Origin: Antedon mediterranea
Lineage: Eukaryota > Animalia > Echinodermata
Assembly: GCF_964355755.1 (NCBI RefSeq)
Contig: NC_092680.1
Span: 18,113,045 to 18,177,044, forward strand
Reading direction: 5' to 3'
Length of the DNA stretch: 64,000 nucleotides
Below the pieces are notes generated by a model. It saw only the letters and a program-made list of their open reading frames with translations, had not been told where the DNA came from and did no database searches. Shown here in pieces: positions 56,630 through 64,000 of the stretch; position 1 is the stretch's first letter, and each line of letters begins with the position of its first letter. Both the position numbers and the translations under genes were made by a program.

Positions 56630-59064
56630 CCAAAGGCAAATAACTGAAAAAATGACAATCCTGTGGCTGGATCTCAATGGAGATACAAAAAAGTGAAAAG
56701 CTAAATCAAAACGATAAAGTAGGCCTAAAAACAGCCAGAAAAGTTAGCAGAGCTTTCAGGCAACATTAGCCGTTCATCATATATAATTTCTTTGGGGTAA
56801 ATTATGATTTAATAATTATAAAACCAAGGACGCTTTATTTTACTGATATTATTCAAAACTTCAGATAAAACTTCATAAAAGTCTATTTTCAATAAGCTTT
56901 CGCATAGAACGTCATTGCACAATGCATGATGGGAAGGGTTTAGGAGCAAGCGCCACCTTTTAATAAAAACGTTATATCTGGTGGTGGCGCTATTGCTTCC
57001 CATCACGCTATTTGCGATAAACCCATAGAATTGTAATAAGTTTCGGGTATATAATATCATTGGATAAATCTTGTCTTTATTTACCACATCGTTTTTATTT
57101 TTTCAGTTGTTGGATAAACAATATTCAAGGAAAATGTTTATATATCCTTACAGTTAATGTGTTTTTAATAAAGTTATTAGTTTGGTTAATTAATGATGAT
57201 ACGTAACAAAAATGTTTCTAAAATTTGTTTTTTTTTTATCAAAGTAAGACCTTTTCAAGATAAGGGCTAAGCTTATACAACGCTCTATTAAGACATACTG
57301 TAAGCTTAAAGCTTCAGACTATTATACCACCACGGAATAATAATCCATGTCCCTGCTTCATATCTTATATACAGTAGTCTAGAATATATGCATAATTAAA
57401 TTAGTGTAGGCCTAGTATAGTATAGTACAATCTTAACATAAAGTATAGCTTACAAAGGTTGTGTCTACTTAGAAAAGCTTTCTTCCTTCAATATACAGCA
57501 TAGCCTACTATCAACAAAAGAAAATAGCAAAAGGCCAACACACCTGGCTGAACATATGCAAATAAACACAATAAAAGCGAAACAAGTGGCGTACTGCAGA
57601 TATAGTAGGCCTATATCTATAGTATGTCAACCGAAAAGTTTGAACTTCACAACATTAAATATTTGGAACAATTTTGTCTCCAACACAACGTTTTTTTTTT
57701 CTTATACTTTAAAAATTATGTGTCAATATTGTGCAAAGAAACCAGAACAAGGAAGTGGAATCATTTTATTTGTATATACTTTTGACTCTATACTACTACT
57801 GTAGTATACCAGAAATACTGTACTGTTTATTGTATATTAATTATTTCGGATAATTATAAAAAGAAACACTTTTTTTTAAACGTTTCTTATAAAAAATGTC
57901 GGTGCAAGTAGGCCCATATATTGTAGCTTCATTTTGAACACTTTTAGAAATCCACGTAAGAAGATTGACCCAAGTCCACATTTTGCATAACCTTCTCAGG
58001 ATCTATGGAATTAGATGATACTCTGATACTGAATGTAAAACCTTAACAAATGAGAAGAAATGTATAAAGTGTTATCTTGTTTAGGGAGCTGACTGAGATT
58101 TTTTACTTTTAACCAGATCCTAACAAAAAAGAAAGAAATTGTTACGTTAAAATGACAATAATGTTTATGTATAACTAGGCCCTATATTTGTTTTTTTCTT
58201 GGTTAAATAACTATTACAAATAGCCATTAAAACAAAATTGTCTTTAGTGCAACGAGAAAGCATTTATAATATTTGACGTAATATAATTATCATTGATATG
58301 TTAATTCATAATTTTGTAGTAAATTCTAGTCCAATACACAAAGCCATGATAAAATAAAAGTGTGGTTATTAAAATGTGTATTTATCGTAATCAATATGTT
58401 CCAATAGTTGATTTCAATTCCATTCAATTCAAAAGACATTTATTTTCCTCTATTTTAGTTCCATTCTTACGGAGTTTATTCAATCCGCGACACAGTGGCC
58501 CGTTTCAGCCTTAAAAATCTGCTCAGCTAACCCAACAACTCGGCTACCATTCGGGTTTCCACCTGATTTAAACAAATCTTTTATGGTTATCATCAGTTCT
58601 TTCAATGTAGGCCTTATGTAATTTTTATTCGATTTCTGACATTAATTTTTTATATACTGATTTTACAATTTTCCTTCGATGATTCATGAATATATTTGAT
58701 TTGATCGTTATTATTTTTAGTGTACTTTAATGTTGCTAACTTCAAGCGTGGCCTATGAAAAGGTCAAAATATGAATATCGCCGCCAACGGCAAAGGTTGG
58801 GGCAACAAACCCCCGGAAGTCACAGTGATTACATCTTCCGCAGCCGCACAGACGGTTGAAAATCTACCTATATGAAATCAGCAATTTTTTTTTATAACCA
58901 TTATAATATATTTCTAATAAAGAAATATGGAACAATATCATATTGGTGGACACTATAATGTTACTCAATCTACGTTTTGCAGAACATGTGAGACAGAGGA
59001 TAGGATAGATATCCAAGGAGGAGATCCGCACAAAAGGGTTGTGTGTTTTAGGTTATTTCCGAAT

Positions 59065-60489
59065 TAAGCATAAATAGGTTATATGCATTATCATGCATAT
59101 AACCTATTGATTCTGTATATTTATTCTTTCCTTAGCACTATTTTGTCCGTCAATTATCTTGATATCAGTTTCATCTAGCTAAGTCAATTTTTCAGAGTAT
59201 ATTCCTTATGGCCAGGAATCTATGTGGTTATGTTTTGACGATCTATGCGCGATTTAACGAAATCACGTTTGTAATCATATCTTCACAATCATGAATCACT
59301 TTTAAACAAAATTTGGTACTCATAAATTTCAGGTCATATTTCATCATATGGCAATATAATTACGTGCGTAGCGCATATAACGCATGCGTACGCGCGCTTA
59401 AAATTTTCAAAATTATCACAATTTATTTTCGATGAAATTAGAGCAATTTTAAGCGTTTAAAAAATTGCCATGAGTGCGCAGATTTTTGCACGCGCACTGC
59501 GCGTTATACGTTAATGCGTACTTTTTTTGTCCGATTTCTGTTGTACAACTTTTCTTTAATAATATCATCATATTTTATTCACTTTTTAAGGCGAAATTGC
59601 GTTATACGAGCACGTCAAAAGTGACAGGCTACGCATGTGTAAGTTAATAAAATGGTGAAAATATGCTAAATTTTAAAATTAATATAGATCGTCAGAATGC
59701 TCGGGAACGCCTATTTTTTATTTCATTTTCTTGAAGTGTATGTATCTTATGTATGATTTATTATTAAATTAAGAGAACAAAAATTGATTAAGTCATAATT
59801 AATTGCATATTAATTTTTTTTTAATTAATTTCGACAATCAAACAAATTATGACATTTTCTTAGGCCAAAATAACAAACTTAACATTAACTTTCTTCCTTC
59901 AAAAGTTCATATATTAAAGTTAAAAGTATATAGTTTGAAAGTGCATCATTTTTTTACATTTTTAGAGATGTCATCATAGTAAAAAATTATAATTCATTGC
60001 GGTATGTAATAATCTCTCTGCACCAAAGTGGTTACTGCATAGTAAATACATGGAGGAATTTTTCTACAACTTTTTATCAGTTGTGTGTGGCTCGGTGGTC
60101 TGTGCTCGTGTCTATGGCATTCAAGGTACCGAGATCGAGTAAGATTTTTTTATATTATCCGTATTGTTTGTTAAAATTTATTTCTTAGTGTATAAATAGA
60201 TATACATGATTTATAATGAAATCTAGATAAAAAGTAACGTATGTCTTTATTATTATGTAATATAATATATTATAACAAATGTGGTTTATGACATTATACG
60301 CAGAGGGATCTTTGATCGGATTGTGATACCGGCTATTGTATTCGCGTTAGCAATGTCCTATCATATATTATAAATAATTAAAGATTCTGAGAAAATCAAT
60401 CAATAAAAATACCTTTTAAAAATCAATTATCTTGATTTAAATCAATGCATATAACCTATAACTCGTCATAGTGACGAATTAAATCTAGT
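59065..60489 (+). mobile_element. Complete HINE/Helentron-type non-autonomous element
   Basis: Subterminal IR ATAGGTTATATGCATT / AATGCATATAACCTAT, extra IR beside the 5' subTIR, 3' hairpin TCGTCA-TAG-TGACGA, CTAGT end; absent from unit 1 (~10612). Confidence 0.8.
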
Positions 60490-61530
60490 TTATATATAGA
60501 TACTGTATGAACTTTTCGTTTCTTTTAATTTGTAATTTCACCAACAACTCATATATTTCCTGTGATTCTTCAGCTCTGTCTAATCAAACTGTAGGTCTAT
60601 GTTACAAAAAAATGTGATTTGCCCATATATGGATAATGATGATGTCATATCACTACCACATTTCTGTTGTTAAACTAGTTTGATAGACAGAGCTTTATTT
60701 GTATATCTTTGATGACATTGTTTCATTTTTTGTTTTCTCCTAAGGGAGGTGAATACACGTACTAAACGTAACTAATTTCAGCTTGTTCATACTTAATAAA
60801 TCCAGACAAATATTGTTCGGAACCAACAAATATCGGTGGGTGTCTTTGAAATATAAATTCGAGGTTCATAATAAACAGTACAACATTTAGATTTAAATCA
60901 AATAATATTAGGCCTACTTTATTCATCTTTTAACCATATTTTCTCTGATAGTAATCAAAATATAGGCCTACATACATTAAAGATGAAAATGGTCCATAAA
61001 CCCGCAAGGGCTTATAAGATGTGGAAACCATAATAGTAGGTCTAAATGAAGTAAGTACATAAAGTGACACAGTAAGCAAAATTAAAACGATTTAGCGGTA
61101 ATACATAATAATATATAATACATGTTTAGTAAATCATAATAACTAAAAGTTAATACATATTTCGTTAAAAAAAAGATGTTAACAATACTATATTATTTCT
61201 ACTACATTTTAATTTATAATAAAATTGGTACAGAGTCTGAATTAGTATCTAGATCACCGGTGAATAATATTATGCGGCCAGTTATTGATTTAAACAAAGT
61301 TAAAATGCGAAGGCTTGGTGATATGCTTCCTTCTTGTGGTAAATGAATGGTAAATGAATGGCGAACTGTACTCTGTAAAGAAGTCACACTCGCTTCGGCC
61401 TCCGAACGATTAGTGACGTGTGGGTATATAAAACACATTAGATGATGTCAGTGGGGTTTTATCGCGGGACATGGTTCTTGACCTCGTCTCGGGGTAATGG
61501 TATCGAGATCGCCGAGGGCTATATACTGAA

Positions 61531-61583
61531 CTATGCTCCAGTCGAAATGTATATAATATGCATTAAAGAAGAAGAATGCATGT
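61531..61583 (-). CDS. Candidate terminal exon F, unit 3
   Basis: (D)MHSSSLMHIIYISTGA*. Confidence 0.3.
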
Positions 61584-62618
61584 CTGTGTACATTATAATG
61601 AAAGAAAAATAATATAAATAAGTTAAAGATTTTGGCATCATAAATTTTAGATTCTTGAGCCAAACGTACCAGCAGGCCTACTCATAATATATTCATTACA
61701 TTTTCATTATCCGTGTTTTTTTGCTCAGAAAAAAACGTCCCCTTTTTTAGTAAACCAAGTATAAACAGGTTAAAACAAAATATAAACAGGTTAAAATCAA
61801 ATATAAACAGGTTAAAACCAAATATAAGAAGATTAAAATCAATATAAACAGGTTAAAACCAAATATAAACAGGTTAAAACCAAATATAAACAGGTTCCGA
61901 ATTATGACATTAGGTTAATAATAATAATATACATAATCTGCAAGCATGACTAATACAATAAATCAAAACCAATTACGAAAGGATATATAAACATTTTCTC
62001 AACCATGTGTTTTTTCTAAATGATGAACGAGTTATGGCGAACACCCACAGTATACATTAACTGAAAGAAAAAAATAATGTTTTAGGAACTGCATCTTGGA
62101 GTTGTGGCTTGCTGGTTATGATGCTTGGCTACCAATCCAAGGCTACTGGGTTCCTTTCCTATAGTTTTTCTAATTTCTAATGACAAACTACAACTCTACT
62201 ACAAGACTTGTAATAAGACTTTTTTTATGTAGAGCATCATATGTTTGTCTTGTTGTGAACGGTGATTGCCACATTTAAGAAGAGTGAATGAATTCGCTTT
62301 TGGTTATACTTGGCAATTTGCCAATATTATATAAAAAAAAAACAAACAAAAGTAAAAAACAGTTTTTATATTTTACCGTTTAATATAAATGTAGTCAAGA
62401 TACAGAACCTTGTACAGTATATCATAATTTTACACTTGTTTGTGGTTTGTCAATACATTTTGCAATCAAACAATACAAAATACATGCATGAAGTAATTTT
62501 ACTTTGTGTTCTTTGAAATTATGCTCTGTCGTGATACGGCGTTTAAAAAGAATGGTGACGAATAAAAACGAATTTAGGCACACTGAATAGAATAATATTT
62601 TTTTAAGTATAGGCCTAC

Positions 62619-62741
62619 CTATTTTACGGCTGCTACATGTTGGGCCCATGTACCCATTGGCGCATTTGCAGACGCTAGTATTCTCTGTCGTAACACAAGT
62701 ACCACCATTCAAGCAACCACCGCAATCATCTTGAATATCAG
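62619..62741 (-). CDS. Exon E, unit 3: EGF-like domain
   Basis: Peptide identical to unit 1; 123 nt, phase 1-1. Confidence 0.9.
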
Positions 62742-63058
62742 CTGTAATAAAAAAAATTAGTAATGGTATATTTAGTAAAAATAAGATTTTAGACTTGTGT
62801 CTAAAATGAATAAGGGGAACTTTATGTTTACGACCTACCACCGACTAACCTAGGTCAGGTCAATCGATGTGTCGTCGGTCGTCGTCTGGACTGGACCTAA
62901 GAACAAACGTGTGTCGAGGTGAGAAGCGAGGAAATCCGTCCCATACGCAGTTCAGTCGTCGCAAATCAAACGCTACGATATTATATACTTAGGTCCATGA
63001 TTATACTCTGAATTGTTAGACCACGAAAATAATAGTCTTAGTCCATAGTTAAACCTAC

Positions 63059-63319
63059 CTGTGAATGGGCCTATATAAAAGCCTGAATATGGATAACTAA
63101 ATTGAGTAATACTGCTCTCCAATGATTGATTTTCAGTTCTTGTATTAACTCTATATATGCCATCAGTCACCGTTTCTGTCCAGTAGATATAGGGGCCATA
63201 TATTTCAACATCAATGCAGTAATGACCGTCCAGATCAGCAATTGTTGCTCTGTTGGTTCCATCAAGGTTAGCTTCTTCAATGACATCAGTTACTGAATCA
63301 CACCAATACATCTTTCCAT
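63059..63319 (-). CDS. Exon D, unit 3: YWTD blades
   Basis: MYWCDSVTDVIEEANLDGTNR...IYWTETV; 261 nt. Confidence 0.92.
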
Positions 63320-63726
63320 CTTAAAGATAACAACAAAAATATATAAAAAAATAATTAACAATGGGATGAACAAGGGGCCCGGATGTAGTTTAATCCAATA
63401 ATTCAGTATGTGACAGTTTTACTCTCTTTTTTTTATCTCTAAACAGATAATGCTTTCATTGTGTTAAATTATAAAGACCAGCGTAATGGAGTTTGTTTAC
63501 GTTCAGCCACAGGTGGAAATGTCCAGGCATTTACGATATAAACAAACTTTGTCGAGATATGTTTTTTATAACAGTTATAGTGTATTTGTTCTTTATGACT
63601 GATTTCTAATATTTAAAAGATATAAATAAACTTCCACACATCCTACAAAAGCCGGGACTTGTATAAAGGCCGTTGCATAGAAAGAATGTTATCTACAATC
63701 CCCGCCTGTCCGTAAATAGGCCAGGG

Positions 63727-64000
63727 GAAACAGAGAACAAAATTGAAGATAAAGAAATACAGTATTACAAAATTGTATTAAAACATTGAATGAGAAACTA
63801 ATTAACAATTCGAGTATTGATATTGAAGAAATTGAGACAGAAATAGATCTAAACAAAGGAATTGGAAAATATTTACAGTAAAAAACAAAAGGTGCTTATA
63901 TACGATCAATGGTTATAAATGGATAGAGGAGTAGCACAAAATACTTCTTAGGTTTGGAGAAAAGTAATGGATCAAAAAAGCATATAAAAAGTATTTTTAA
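63727..64000 (+). mobile_element. L1/Tx1-type LINE remnant, 5' junction
   Basis: KGAYIRS..KWIEE..KYFLGLEKSN linker motif; similarity to unit 1 stops at CCAGGGG (16058-16064). Confidence 0.75.

Larger units (their letters stand above)
33777..58475. repeat. Tandem segmental unit 2 (~24.7 kb)
   Basis: Collinear with unit 1. Confidence 0.95.
58476..64000. repeat. Tandem segmental unit 3 (partial, runs off the window)
   Basis: Collinear with 10066-16063 and 33777-38370. Confidence 0.95.

Overview
AT-rich, intron-containing animal DNA, probably a marine invertebrate deuterostome such as an echinoderm (inference from Deu-domain SINEs and composition). The left 10 kb holds the 5' end of a minus-strand gene: a non-coding exon with its donor at 7890 and a first coding exon starting MGCICSK, most like a Src-family kinase. 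From 10066 to the end runs a tandem array of ~24 kb units (10066-33776, 33777-58475, 58476->64000). Each complete unit carries five minus-strand exons that splice into one LDLR/LRP-type YWTD beta-propeller plus one EGF domain, bounded by phase-1 introns, and a candidate short hydrophobic terminal exon. The main signal is that coding exons differ between copies far more than the adjacent intron (exon D, unit 1 vs 2: ~27/261 nt, nearly all non-synonymous, against ~5/319 nt), and the changes cluster in loops predicted to form the ligand-binding top face. This suggests a diversifying recognition-module array. Unit 1 has a 1-bp frameshift. The spacers are full of mobile DNA: Penelope-like elements with hammerhead ribozymes, tRNA-derived (TA)n-bounded modules including a 365-bp palindrome, Helitron and Helentron-type elements, Kolobok-, Sola2- and Merlin/MULE-like elements, Harbinger-like MITEs, Deu-SINEs and LINE fragments. 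Many TA-CWG-TA and TA-GGCC-TA footprint-like insertions are also present. All counts are by eye; no database search was run.
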